Shown here piece after piece: positions 37,062-45,898 of a stretch of DNA of 64,000 bases. Source of the stretch: Candidatus Fermentibacterota bacterium. Its GTDB lineage: Bacteria; Fermentibacterota; Fermentibacteria; Fermentibacterales; Fermentibacteraceae. The notes beneath the pieces were generated by a model. It worked only from the letters and a program-made list of their open reading frames with translations, had not been told where the DNA came from and made no database searches. The first letter of the stretch is position 1. Every line of letters begins with the position of its first letter. Where the stretch lies: positions 1,479,904 through 1,543,903 of the forward strand of contig OY970370.1 in assembly GCA_963718745.1 (NCBI GenBank), written 5' to 3'. Made by a program: the position numbers and the translations under genes.

Positions 37062-40000
37062 TGAAACTGTTCTATGCACTCACCACAGCGGCGCTGATCT
37101 TCTCTGCTTCAGCCTTCGCCACTGATCCCGTGATTTGGCCGATGAGCCCTCAGGGAGGGACTCATACACTCTTCCACAGCTTTGGAGACTACCATACGCC
37201 ATGGATGAATGCATGTGCCGACTCAACGAATTTCCACTTCGGCATCGACCTCACCGATCCGACGCCCTCGGCTGTCGATGATGCTGCTGAAGCAGTCTAT
37301 AGCGTGCGTACCGGATATGTGCGAGATGTGTTCTATCCCGAAGGAGTAACCCCTGATGCCCCGATGGCGCACGACAACTATGGGATCGTGATCTGCGACG
37401 AGTACCAGCAGCAGACCGGTTTCGGCTGGTGCCTCCAGCACATTGAGGACTACCTGTACACCGGAGGGGGCTTGGAAAACAACCCCTGGTCGCCAGACAG
37501 TATGTACACTAACAACTTCTTCGTTGAAACGGCACGTCTTGGCGACATCGACAACGATGCCTTCAGCCAGGGTGGCGCCACCTGGACTGACGATCACCTG
37601 CACTTCATGAGAAGCGCCTACACATACAATCCCGCACATCCAGGATACCTAAACCCTCTCTTCTATCTCGACCCTGCGCCGGTCGAGGGCAGCAGTCCCT
37701 TCTTCGACTGGTCATGGGATAGCGGGACTGGAATTCCCTACGGGTTCTTCGTGATCCCTCAGTACTCGGCTCTTAACGACTGGGAAACCGAGTGGGCGAC
37801 ACCTGCTGCGTGCAAGAGCGAGATTGACTCATTCGAGAGCATAATCAGCGGAGCTGTCGATCTGGTTCTTTTGATGCATGTGGAAGGTGAAGGTGTAACG
37901 GGAAGCACTCCTCCCTTCAGCTGCATGCCGCAGCGACTGGAGTGGTGGGTGGAGAGATGGGACGCATCCACGAACGCCTGGGTTGAGGTCGAGGACATCA
38001 ACGGAATCCCGTATCACAGATATCCTTTCGACTTCGGGGATATCGAGCTGGGAGGCTCCTCGGACTGGGAGCGGTACAAGCAGATCTATTTCAGGTTCGA
38101 TGCTTTCGACTTTTTCAGTAGTGCCTCTGCAGGGAGCATGTGCTGCCTCACGAACTGCAGTGATAATGATTCTTGGGACGGTATAGAGAACATCGAGGAG
38201 AACTGGTGGCAGACCAACGTCGATAAGGAGCAGGTCGGACCGACGATTGTGGCGGAGGAGATGCTGTTTCCTGATGGGCAGTACAGGATTGCAATCAGGC
38301 CCTGGGTATTCAATGGAACGACACCAGTCGCACTGACTCCGGCCTATGCGCTTGTCGATCTTCACAACAGCAGCCCGGTCGCGCATGCGGCCGAGATTCT
38401 GAGCCCTGCGAAGGGCACGATTTGGTCAGCGCACTGGGAGGCTGTGGAGGTCGTCGACGGTCTTGAGGTCGAGTTCGTCGTCCAGGAGGATGAGCCCGTA
38501 GAGGCAGGGCAGACGCTGGCAGCGACGATCGTGTTTTCGGAGCCGATGAACACCGCGTCGGGAAGCTATTCGATAACGGCTGGCAAGGCTCCGGATTATG
38601 ACGATCTGGAGGTCACGACTACGGGTTGGAGTTGCACTAACAACCCTGCACCGTACTACGATACCTGGTCAGGAACGATCGAGGTCCCCGAGACAGGGAT
38701 ATCGGGGAGGATCATCCTGCGTATCGAAGCAGAGGATACTGATGGCAACTGCTTGAAGGATCCCGCGGATGCCTTCCCGTCGGATGACGAGTATTCCGAT
38801 CTCTACCATGGCTTCGGGATAGCGTTTGGTGCGGAGCCTGGGTGGAGTGCAACGCTCCACGGTGGAGTCTATGGTTCTCCGTGTCTTGGGGATCTCGACG
38901 GCGATGGGGACCTGGACGTGGTTATCCAGAGCAAGGATGGGTGGATCAACTGCCTGGACGACACCGGGGCGCAGTTCAGCGGTTGGCCTCAGAATGGCGG
39001 CTGGGTGCCTTCTTGGACGAAGACATACAGCTCGGTTTCACTATCCGATCTGGATCAGGACGGATCACTCGAAATCCTTGCGACCAATCCCTATGGATGC
39101 AGGGCATACGAACTGGACGGGACGTATACCAGCTATCTCAATTCGAACTACTCTCACTTCAGCAAGGCATCACCTGCTGTGGGCGACGTAGACGGTGACG
39201 ATTTGCTGGAAGTCGTGCTCGGCCGGGTGGATGACGGGCAGGGCTCGGCCATGCCGTCAGTAATCTGCCTGGAGAACGACCTTACATTGAAGTGGACGAA
39301 GCTCTACTCGGGGCTGTTCGGAGAGATGCCGATACTGGCGACACCTGCTGTCGGTGACATCTCGAGCAGCCACACGGGTAACGAGATAGCAATTGCGACA
39401 GGGCAGGATTTCATCGAGGGTTATCCTTACCTGGAGACTGACACGGGGTATCCCAACTGGGTCCGACTTCTCGACGGTTCGGGGAACACGCTCTGGACGT
39501 CGGCGGACTACCTGTGCCAGTTCTGGGCGTCGCCGGTGGTGGGAGACATCGACGGGGACGAGATAAACGAGGTGGTAATAGGAAGCACCACCAACTGGGA
39601 CGACGGGAAGAAGGTGTTCGTGCTTAACGGGAACACCGGGGCGCTTGAACACACATGGACCGTTGGCAACTGGGTACTGCATCCGGCGGCACTCGCCGAT
39701 CTTGACGATGACGGCGTGCTTGATGTGATCGTGGCCTGCAACGACCACAAGGTGTACGCCTGGTCGGGCGACACTCATCAAGCCTTGTCAGGATATCCGG
39801 TGGATCTCGGATCACTAGTAGGAAGTCCTTCGGTGGCTGACATAGATGGCGACTTTGACCTTGAGGTTGTGGTAGGCACGTCGGCAGGAGAGCTTTGGGC
39901 GTTGAATCCAGATGGATCGACCTGCACAGGATTCCCGGTAGCTGATGGGACCTATTTCAGAGGGTCACCTGCGATGGGCGATCTGGATGGAGACGGGTGC

Positions 40001-41185
40001 CTGGAGGTTCTGATCGCCGACCAGACTGATGCAACCGCGTACTGCTACGACATGGGCTCGGGTTCGTTCCCGTGCGAGATGCCGTGGCGTCAGTTCCAGC
40101 ATGATTCGTGGCACAGCGGGTGCTTCGAGGCGGATAACACGGTACCTGAGGCTCCGACGGATCTGGACGCGATAGTGACGTACAACGAGTACGGCTACAC
40201 AGCAGACCTGACATGGGACCTGTCGGTGAATGATCCGTACTCGCCCGATCCGGAGGATCCTGCGGATGTTGTCAGTTACCAGATCTACAGGGCGTTTCCT
40301 CCGAGTACGTACACGATCCTCAGCCGCAGTCATGCGGGTGAGGGATACTACACGGACGAGTGCCCCGACCCGCAGGGCACGGTGGTCAGATATGTGGTTA
40401 CCGCCTCCGACGGGACGAACGAGTCGGAGTACAGCAACGAGGTGAGGTTCAGGACGGTGCCTGGGCTTAACCTCGCGGCCGGCTGCCATGTGACCGAGGA
40501 GCTGACCAGCGGAGTACGCACCAGTGTTGAGGTATCTGCTGGCTCGCACGGCATGGCGAGGATCAGTGATACCGGATCCATGTCGACGGCAGGTACTGCA
40601 ACCGGAGCGAAGCTCCTCACGGACGGAGAGACGGAAGACGTCTACATCCCCGGTGCCGGTGTGCGGGCTGTCGTGATAGACCTGGGCTGCAGCTGCCTCA
40701 TCGGGCAGGTTGATCTGATGGAGGCACGCGCTGAGGCGTCTGCCTCGATGGCCGATCCTTCGGTGATCGAGGTATCGGCCGACGGGACGGCCTGGGCGGC
40801 GCTGGGCGCGCAGAGGGCGACTGCCGGAACGGCGGGCAGATATGTCAGGATAAGCCCTGCGCCGATCACGTCCGAGGTCTTCGTCTGGGGTAACTGGACA
40901 GCGGAAGAGGATGAAGAGTCAGTGATCGGCATGGAGAGGATCGATGGCCGCTGGAACCTCGAGATGCCCGTGCTTGACGATGCTTCCTCGGGAGAGATCG
41001 GAACCTTGAGTTTGTATGACGTAACGGGTCGCGTTCTGAGGAGCTGGAGCGCCCGCCCGGGCGAGGAAGTGGACTGGGACGGCCGGACGGCATCAGGCAT
41101 GCAGGTCACTCCCGGCTGCTACTTCGTTCGCTATGAGCAGGGCGGTGAAGCCGTCACGAGGAGGCTCCTGGTAACTGCGGAGTAG
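37061..41185 (+). CDS. large surface protein: N-terminal M23-like domain (HFGID...HLH), FG-GAP repeats, FN3-like domain, T9SS C-terminal sorting domain
   Basis: 1375 aa from ATG 37061 (signal peptide MKLFYALTTAALIFSASAFA); >=8 D.DGDG FG-GAP repeats; CTD LSLYDVTGRVLRS...GCYFVRY. Confidence 0.8.
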   Translation: MKLFYALTTAALIFSASAFATDPVIWPMSPQGGTHTLFHSFGDYHTPWMNACADSTNFHFGIDLTDPTPSAVDDAAEAVYSVRTGYVRDVFYPEGVTPDAPMAHDNYGIVICDEYQQQTGFGWCLQHIEDYLYTGGGLENNPWSPDSMYTNNFFVETARLGDIDNDAFSQGGATWTDDHLHFMRSAYTYNPAHPGYLNPLFYLDPAPVEGSSPFFDWSWDSGTGIPYGFFVIPQYSALNDWETEWATPAACKSEIDSFESIISGAVDLVLLMHVEGEGVTGSTPPFSCMPQRLEWWVERWDASTNAWVEVEDINGIPYHRYPFDFGDIELGGSSDWERYKQIYFRFDAFDFFSSASAGSMCCLTNCSDNDSWDGIENIEENWWQTNVDKEQVGPTIVAEEMLFPDGQYRIAIRPWVFNGTTPVALTPAYALVDLHNSSPVAHAAEILSPAKGTIWSAHWEAVEVVDGLEVEFVVQEDEPVEAGQTLAATIVFSEPMNTASGSYSITAGKAPDYDDLEVTTTGWSCTNNPAPYYDTWSGTIEVPETGISGRIILRIEAEDTDGNCLKDPADAFPSDDEYSDLYHGFGIAFGAEPGWSATLHGGVYGSPCLGDLDGDGDLDVVIQSKDGWINCLDDTGAQFSGWPQNGGWVPSWTKTYSSVSLSDLDQDGSLEILATNPYGCRAYELDGTYTSYLNSNYSHFSKASPAVGDVDGDDLLEVVLGRVDDGQGSAMPSVICLENDLTLKWTKLYSGLFGEMPILATPAVGDISSSHTGNEIAIATGQDFIEGYPYLETDTGYPNWVRLLDGSGNTLWTSADYLCQFWASPVVGDIDGDEINEVVIGSTTNWDDGKKVFVLNGNTGALEHTWTVGNWVLHPAALADLDDDGVLDVIVACNDHKVYAWSGDTHQALSGYPVDLGSLVGSPSVADIDGDFDLEVVVGTSAGELWALNPDGSTCTGFPVADGTYFRGSPAMGDLDGDGCLEVLIADQTDATAYCYDMGSGSFPCEMPWRQFQHDSWHSGCFEADNTVPEAPTDLDAIVTYNEYGYTADLTWDLSVNDPYSPDPEDPADVVSYQIYRAFPPSTYTILSRSHAGEGYYTDECPDPQGTVVRYVVTASDGTNESEYSNEVRFRTVPGLNLAAGCHVTEELTSGVRTSVEVSAGSHGMARISDTGSMSTAGTATGAKLLTDGETEDVYIPGAGVRAVVIDLGCSCLIGQVDLMEARAEASASMADPSVIEVSADGTAWAALGAQRATAGTAGRYVRISPAPITSEVFVWGNWTAEEDEESVIGMERIDGRWNLEMPVLDDASSGEIGTLSLYDVTGRVLRSWSARPGEEVDWDGRTASGMQVTPGCYFVRYEQGGEAVTRRLLVTAE

Positions 41186-41217
41186 AACAGACAGAACGGG
41201 TGAAGACCCGCAATAAC

Positions 41218-41243
41218 AGCCGGGCGGCCTTCGGGCCGCCCGG
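41218..41243 (+). terminator. GC hairpin GCCGGGCGGCC-TTCG-GGCCGCCCGGC downstream of large gene (no U-tract)
   Basis: 11-bp stem with UUCG tetraloop 33 nt after stop. Confidence 0.35.
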
Positions 41244-41344
41244 CCTGCATCAGGGAAATCCCGGAGAGAAAGGCTCAGCACGAAAGCCGGCGTGTTCAGC
41301 CAAGGCAAGATCATTCTTACTGGCTGTCTGGCAACAACATATAT

Positions 41345-41716
41345 ATGATTTGCTGGTACACCGGCCTTTGGTCCAGTCGAACCAGCTCAGGGTCATCCTT
41401 CATGCTGCGTATCCCGAGACCTGACATCAGGATAGCACAGCAGAAGACCCGCTGTTACCGCAATCCGGTCATCTTCGCGATGGAGCTCGAGGCCGAGATG
41501 AGCACGGACCAACTGACCAGGCGGCAGCTCGCGGATCGACACGGGATCTCCCTCGACCGGCTGATCCAGTGGCTGGCTCTGCTGAAGCTGCCGACGGAAC
41601 AGCTCGAGGAGATCGCCGCTCTGGGGGATTACTCGGGAAAGCCGGTGGTTACGGAGAGGGAGTTGAGGAGAAGAAGATCCAACCGTCTCCGTGATGGAAG
41701 CCAGTCAACTCATTGA
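41345..41716 (+). CDS. small ParB-type HTH protein, cassette 3
   Basis: paralog of 32827 and 34825. Confidence 0.5.
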   Translation: MICWYTGLWSSRTSSGSSFMLRIPRPDIRIAQQKTRCYRNPVIFAMELEAEMSTDQLTRRQLADRHGISLDRLIQWLALLKLPTEQLEEIAALGDYSGKPVVTERELRRRRSNRLRDGSQSTH

Positions 41717-41859
41717 TCTAGGACGGGATCTTTCCCAGTCGAAGAAACCAGTGCGGGTCCTGTCTTGCACTCTTCCTAGCTCCGGATCGTGTCCAGCATC
41801 GTGATTGCCTCGACGGAGGCCATGGGGTATCTCTGTACAGACGGACCTGGAGGGTATGA

Positions 41860-43077
41860 ATGAAAGCATTTCTCGCCCTGGCAGTTCTCTTCTCCCTCTC
41901 CCATGCAGACATCGAAGTGACGGAGCTGTTCCGAGCGGAGACGCCCGCCGAGCTCGAAGCTGCACTCGTCGACGGCTACCCGATGCCGTGGCTGGCTGAG
42001 GTCCTCGCAGACCCCTCGATCCCCGAGGAGGACCGCTACTGGCTGGACTGCAGGATGAGGGCGGTCATCGCCCAGGACCTGCACCTGTTCTTCGACGAGG
42101 AAGGTAGTCCTGTACGGATTGATGCCGACTGGATCTGGCCTGGGGAGGACTACTGGCGTGAATGTTTCAGCATCAACAGGGACGGGGTTGATGACCCATT
42201 CGATGTGTCAAATCAACCCACCGGCAATTGGGGAGGTCAGGGCTACGTATCTGACAGATACGGAAACAACCTCGGACCTCTCGCTATCTGTCCAATTCCG
42301 AGGTACAACTCATGCATGTCCCGCGACGGATCTGTATCGATCACGCTTAGCGGTATACAGGACAATAACTTCGGGCCCGGACTCATGAACCTGTGCTTTC
42401 TAGGGGAAGACGGCAGTTTCAGCGAATTCCAATTGCATGGATGGTTCACCAAGTATGCGATGAGTCAGAGTGGTAATCTGGTCGTTGCATCATGTTACGA
42501 CAGACGGCGTGAAGTGGCCAGAGACCAACGAATACACCGTATCCTTGTATTCGATGGAGAAGGAAGTCTCCTTTACGAACTGAACCAGCCTGACTCACCG
42601 CACTTTGAACAGGGTTCGCCACTGATCTCGCCAGATGACCGATACATAGCGATTCCTTTCCGTGGATCAAGACCGATGGTTCTTCTCGACGCCGCTTCTG
42701 GAGAGGAGCTTCACGTATGGCCCGACATGCTGGGAGCGACCAAGCATTTCTCAGCCAATTCGAGGTATCTGAGCTTCTGCAACACATCATCGGGGATGGT
42801 CGTGGATTGCATATCGGGTGAAGTCGTATGGAGAGGCTATGACGGGGTAAGAGAGATCTTTTCTTCCAATGACGGTCGACTCGTCTGCTGGATGGGAGAA
42901 GGTTCCTGGACCAACCTCGTGGATCTGGAAGAGGGTATCTCCATCGACAGCATCTGCCAGGGAAGACCGACTCTGTCTCCGAATGCGTTCTTCCTAATCG
43001 CACAGAGAAGCGTGTCTGGCAGCCTGATCCCTGACGACCTCTCGTTCTTCGCCGCCCGCATCGAAGCAGGTGAGTAG
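41860..43077 (+). CDS. secreted PD40-like beta-propeller protein, cassette 3
   Basis: signal peptide MKAFLALAVLFSLSHA; conserved N-domain then divergent repeats (ISPDDRYIAIPF..., FSANSRYLSF...). Confidence 0.7.
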   Translation: MKAFLALAVLFSLSHADIEVTELFRAETPAELEAALVDGYPMPWLAEVLADPSIPEEDRYWLDCRMRAVIAQDLHLFFDEEGSPVRIDADWIWPGEDYWRECFSINRDGVDDPFDVSNQPTGNWGGQGYVSDRYGNNLGPLAICPIPRYNSCMSRDGSVSITLSGIQDNNFGPGLMNLCFLGEDGSFSEFQLHGWFTKYAMSQSGNLVVASCYDRRREVARDQRIHRILVFDGEGSLLYELNQPDSPHFEQGSPLISPDDRYIAIPFRGSRPMVLLDAASGEELHVWPDMLGATKHFSANSRYLSFCNTSSGMVVDCISGEVVWRGYDGVREIFSSNDGRLVCWMGEGSWTNLVDLEEGISIDSICQGRPTLSPNAFFLIAQRSVSGSLIPDDLSFFAARIEAGE

Positions 43078-43078
43078 G

Positions 43079-43335
43079 ATGAAGACGACCATCATCGCTC
43101 TCGCTCTATGCGGAACTGCCTTCTGCTTTCCCTGGCCGCTGGGTGCGTCTCCCGATGCCCAGGACTCTACGCACACGATCATGCACGTCTACGGCGACTA
43201 TCACACTCCATTCGGAATCGACCTGACGGACAGACCCATCGGGTGTCGACGATCCGCGTGTCAGCTTGGACCAGTGCCCCAGTTAATGGCAAAGAACCTA
43301 AATCCCTGTATGGCAACAAGTTGTAAGGAATTTTG
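43079..43335 (+). pseudogene. 5' remnant (signal peptide + ~60 aa) of a paralog of the 37061 large-protein gene, truncated at the tRNA junction
   Basis: MKTTIIALALCGTAFCFPWPLGASPDAQDSTHTIMHVYGDYHTPFGIDLTD... similar to N-terminus of 37061 protein; ORF runs into tRNA sequence. Confidence 0.4.
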
Positions 43336-43412
43336 TGGTACGCCCGCCAGGAGTTGAACCCGGAACCTTCTGGTCCGTAGCCAGACGCTCTATCCAGTTG
43401 AGCTACGGGCGC
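43336..43412 (-). tRNA. tRNA-Arg (anticodon ACG)
   Basis: 77 nt GCGCCCGTAGCTCAACTGGATAGAGCGTCTGGCTACGGACCAGAAGGTTCCGGGTTCAACTCCTGGCGGGCGTACCA folds into cloverleaf; anticodon loop CUACGGA; encoded CCA. Confidence 0.8.
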
Positions 43413-43474
43413 ACCGACATGATTGGACCGGTAGTCTACGCCAGAACCGGCCGGGGGTCAAGGCGGATATCCTC

Positions 43475-44407
43475 TCAGCGCCTGCCGGAGTAGCGGATCG
43501 TTCCCGCGAAGGTGAACGAGGAGCCGATATCATCCCCGAGGGGGATCGGTCCGTCGACGTCGAACCCGGCCGAGGCCCCGCTCGGCAGGACTTCCGGATA
43601 GCGCAGCAGGACCGAAACCGGTTCCCCGGATGAGTTCGTGACAGTTGTGCTCGTCTCGTAACCGTACGGCGTCTGGGTCGAGCTCCCGGTCACCTCCAGG
43701 CCCGGCGCGGGGATCCAGAGAGTATCACCCGTCACGATGGGCCAGGACCCGGAGTCTCCGTCCGGAAGGATCACGGGCCCCATGCCGCTCGTCACCACGG
43801 GGACCATGGCGCTCCAGGCAGCGGGGACGGGCCAGGAGTAGGCCAGAACCGGGTCCAGGGGAACCCCTGAAGCACTCCACCATGGGATGACCATGTCCCC
43901 CGGCGGGAGGTCGATCCGGCCGGTAGTCGAAGCCAGGGAGAGGCCGTCGCGGTCGATTATCCTCATGGACACCCCTCTGAAGGTCTGGCTCGTCGAGTTG
44001 TGCAGGATCACGTTGGCCTCGAAGCGTATGCCGCCGGCCTCGGAAGCCCAGGAATACCTGGGAGACCATGATATCCCTTCCAGGTCCACAATGAGTCTGT
44101 TGGTGTCGGAAACCCTGACCATCGAGGGGATGCCCGCCGCCCCCTCGATGAGGAAATCCGCGACTGACGCCGAATCCTCCCTGGAGCAGTGGAGTTCGAG
44201 CCTGCGGACTCCAGAGGTGCTCGAGAGCAGAGCTATCTCGAGAAGGTCGAGGCCTCGTCCGGGAACCCCCTCGATGCTGGCCGGTCCGTCGACTGCGACC
44301 GTCACCGAGACGGAATCGAGATCGTTGCTGAGGAGGCCTGTCGGCCTGGTGCCGCAGCCCGCGGAGATCACCGCCAGAAGTGCAAGGGTGGTCGCGAAAA
44401 GCCTCAT
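43475..44407 (-). CDS. hypothetical lipoprotein
   Basis: lipobox LLAVISAGC; S/T/G-rich beta-rich body. Confidence 0.5.
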   Translation of the reverse strand: MRLFATTLALLAVISAGCGTRPTGLLSNDLDSVSVTVAVDGPASIEGVPGRGLDLLEIALLSSTSGVRRLELHCSREDSASVADFLIEGAAGIPSMVRVSDTNRLIVDLEGISWSPRYSWASEAGGIRFEANVILHNSTSQTFRGVSMRIIDRDGLSLASTTGRIDLPPGDMVIPWWSASGVPLDPVLAYSWPVPAAWSAMVPVVTSGMGPVILPDGDSGSWPIVTGDTLWIPAPGLEVTGSSTQTPYGYETSTTVTNSSGEPVSVLLRYPEVLPSGASAGFDVDGPIPLGDDIGSSFTFAGTIRYSGRR

Positions 44408-44458
44408 GGGCTATTTATGCACATCCGACCGAGCCGGAGGGAGGCCAGAAGCGTCCGG

Positions 44459-45061
44459 ATGATAAGAGTGACGGATCTTCGCATCGGAAATGCCGGCCGG
44501 AGCCTGGGCTTCGAGGTCCGGACCGGCGAGCTGCTCGTGGTCACCGGCTTCCCCGGAGGAGAGGGCGAGGAACTCCTGCAGATCCTGTCCGGGCTGAGAA
44601 GACACCGGGAGGGCTTCGTCGAGGTCGGAGGGATGGCGCCTCAGGCATCCGGGTCGCCCGAGGGCGCCGTTTTCCTGTCTGCCGTGTCGAGCATCGATCC
44701 CTCGCGGACCGTCTTCAGGCAGCTCGTCGCAAGACACGCCGCGTCTTCAGGCGGTTCAACCGTAGACAAGGCCCGCCTGGACGGATGGATTTCCGTGCAC
44801 GGCCTCCTGAAGGAGTCGCGGGCGCGTGCCGGATCACTCCCCGCCTGGATTCCCCGGTTCCTCGAACTCTCTCTCCCCGCTCTGCTCGAGCCCTCCGTGC
44901 TCGTTGTCTCCGAGCCTCTCACGGGGCTGCCCGCGCGCTGGTCGCGCTTCGCCTCCGGCATCCTGGCGCATGCCAGGGAGCATGGTGCCGTGCTGGCCAT
45001 TTCCTCGAACCCCGCCGGCCTCGAGGAGATCGCCGACCGGACCGTATGGATCGAGGACTGA
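44459..45061 (+). CDS. ABC-transporter ATPase-like protein with degenerate Walker A/signature motifs
   Basis: ABC fold (LRIGNAGRSLGFEVRTGELLVVTG...) but GFPGGEGEE replaces GxxGxGKS/T; stop 1 nt before permease start. Confidence 0.45.
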   Translation: MIRVTDLRIGNAGRSLGFEVRTGELLVVTGFPGGEGEELLQILSGLRRHREGFVEVGGMAPQASGSPEGAVFLSAVSSIDPSRTVFRQLVARHAASSGGSTVDKARLDGWISVHGLLKESRARAGSLPAWIPRFLELSLPALLEPSVLVVSEPLTGLPARWSRFASGILAHAREHGAVLAISSNPAGLEEIADRTVWIED

Positions 45062-45062
45062 G

Positions 45063-45779
45063 ATGAGTGGTTTCCACTTCCATGAGGCGATGGAGAAGCT
45101 CATCCAGTCCTTCCTGTCCCCCTACTTCCTGCTGCCCGTCGTTCTGGTGGGGGTCGTGTCGTTCCTCCATCCGGTGCAGACATCGTACATGACCGGGATG
45201 GGAGGCGTCCAGGTCGCATTCTCCAGTTCGATCTTCGCGGTGTGCATCATCTCCGCGGCTTCAGGCGCGAGGTTCTTCTCGTGTTTCTGGGGAGCGGGCT
45301 GGTTCAGATCGACCCTTCTCCTGCCGGTCCGCAGATCGGCGGGATTCTGGCAGGCGCTGCTCGCCCAGATGTTCTTTTCTGCCCTGCTTCTGATCATGAC
45401 CTGGACCGCCGTGGCCGCCGCCCTGGTCGGAGAGCCGATGGGAGGCGTATTCCCTACGGTCGCTGCAGGGCTGGCAATCATCGTATGGACGTCGGGGCTG
45501 GCCGCGCTCGCCGGCCTGCTGACCACGCCGGTAGCCGCATCCATCCTCGCCGCCTCGGTCACCGGTTACTCCATGATCCCACTCGTGGATCCGGGCGGCA
45601 CCCTTTTCTCATCCACACTCAGCATGACCGCGATGGCGCTGCCTTCTCCGGACGGAGCGGGATGGCCCGCTGCCGGAGACATCCTGCTGCTCCTGGGCGA
45701 AGGGTTGGGATTTGTATGCCTGGCGGCGCTTGCGTACCACATCTCCCTGAGGATGGGGATCGGCACCAACCGGCAGTGA
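45063..45779 (+). CDS. ABC-2-type membrane permease-like protein
   Basis: 6 predicted TM helices; tightly linked to upstream ABC-like gene. Confidence 0.45.
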   Translation: MSGFHFHEAMEKLIQSFLSPYFLLPVVLVGVVSFLHPVQTSYMTGMGGVQVAFSSSIFAVCIISAASGARFFSCFWGAGWFRSTLLLPVRRSAGFWQALLAQMFFSALLLIMTWTAVAAALVGEPMGGVFPTVAAGLAIIVWTSGLAALAGLLTTPVAASILAASVTGYSMIPLVDPGGTLFSSTLSMTAMALPSPDGAGWPAAGDILLLLGEGLGFVCLAALAYHISLRMGIGTNRQ

Positions 45780-45898
45780 GCCGGGCGTTTGCGGGTGTTC
45801 CCATCCCTCCCCGTGTTGCACGGCCGGGGACCGACTTCAGTATTATCCTGTCATCCCTTCGGGATAGGGTTCGATCCAGCCACCGGGAGGAGAGCCTC

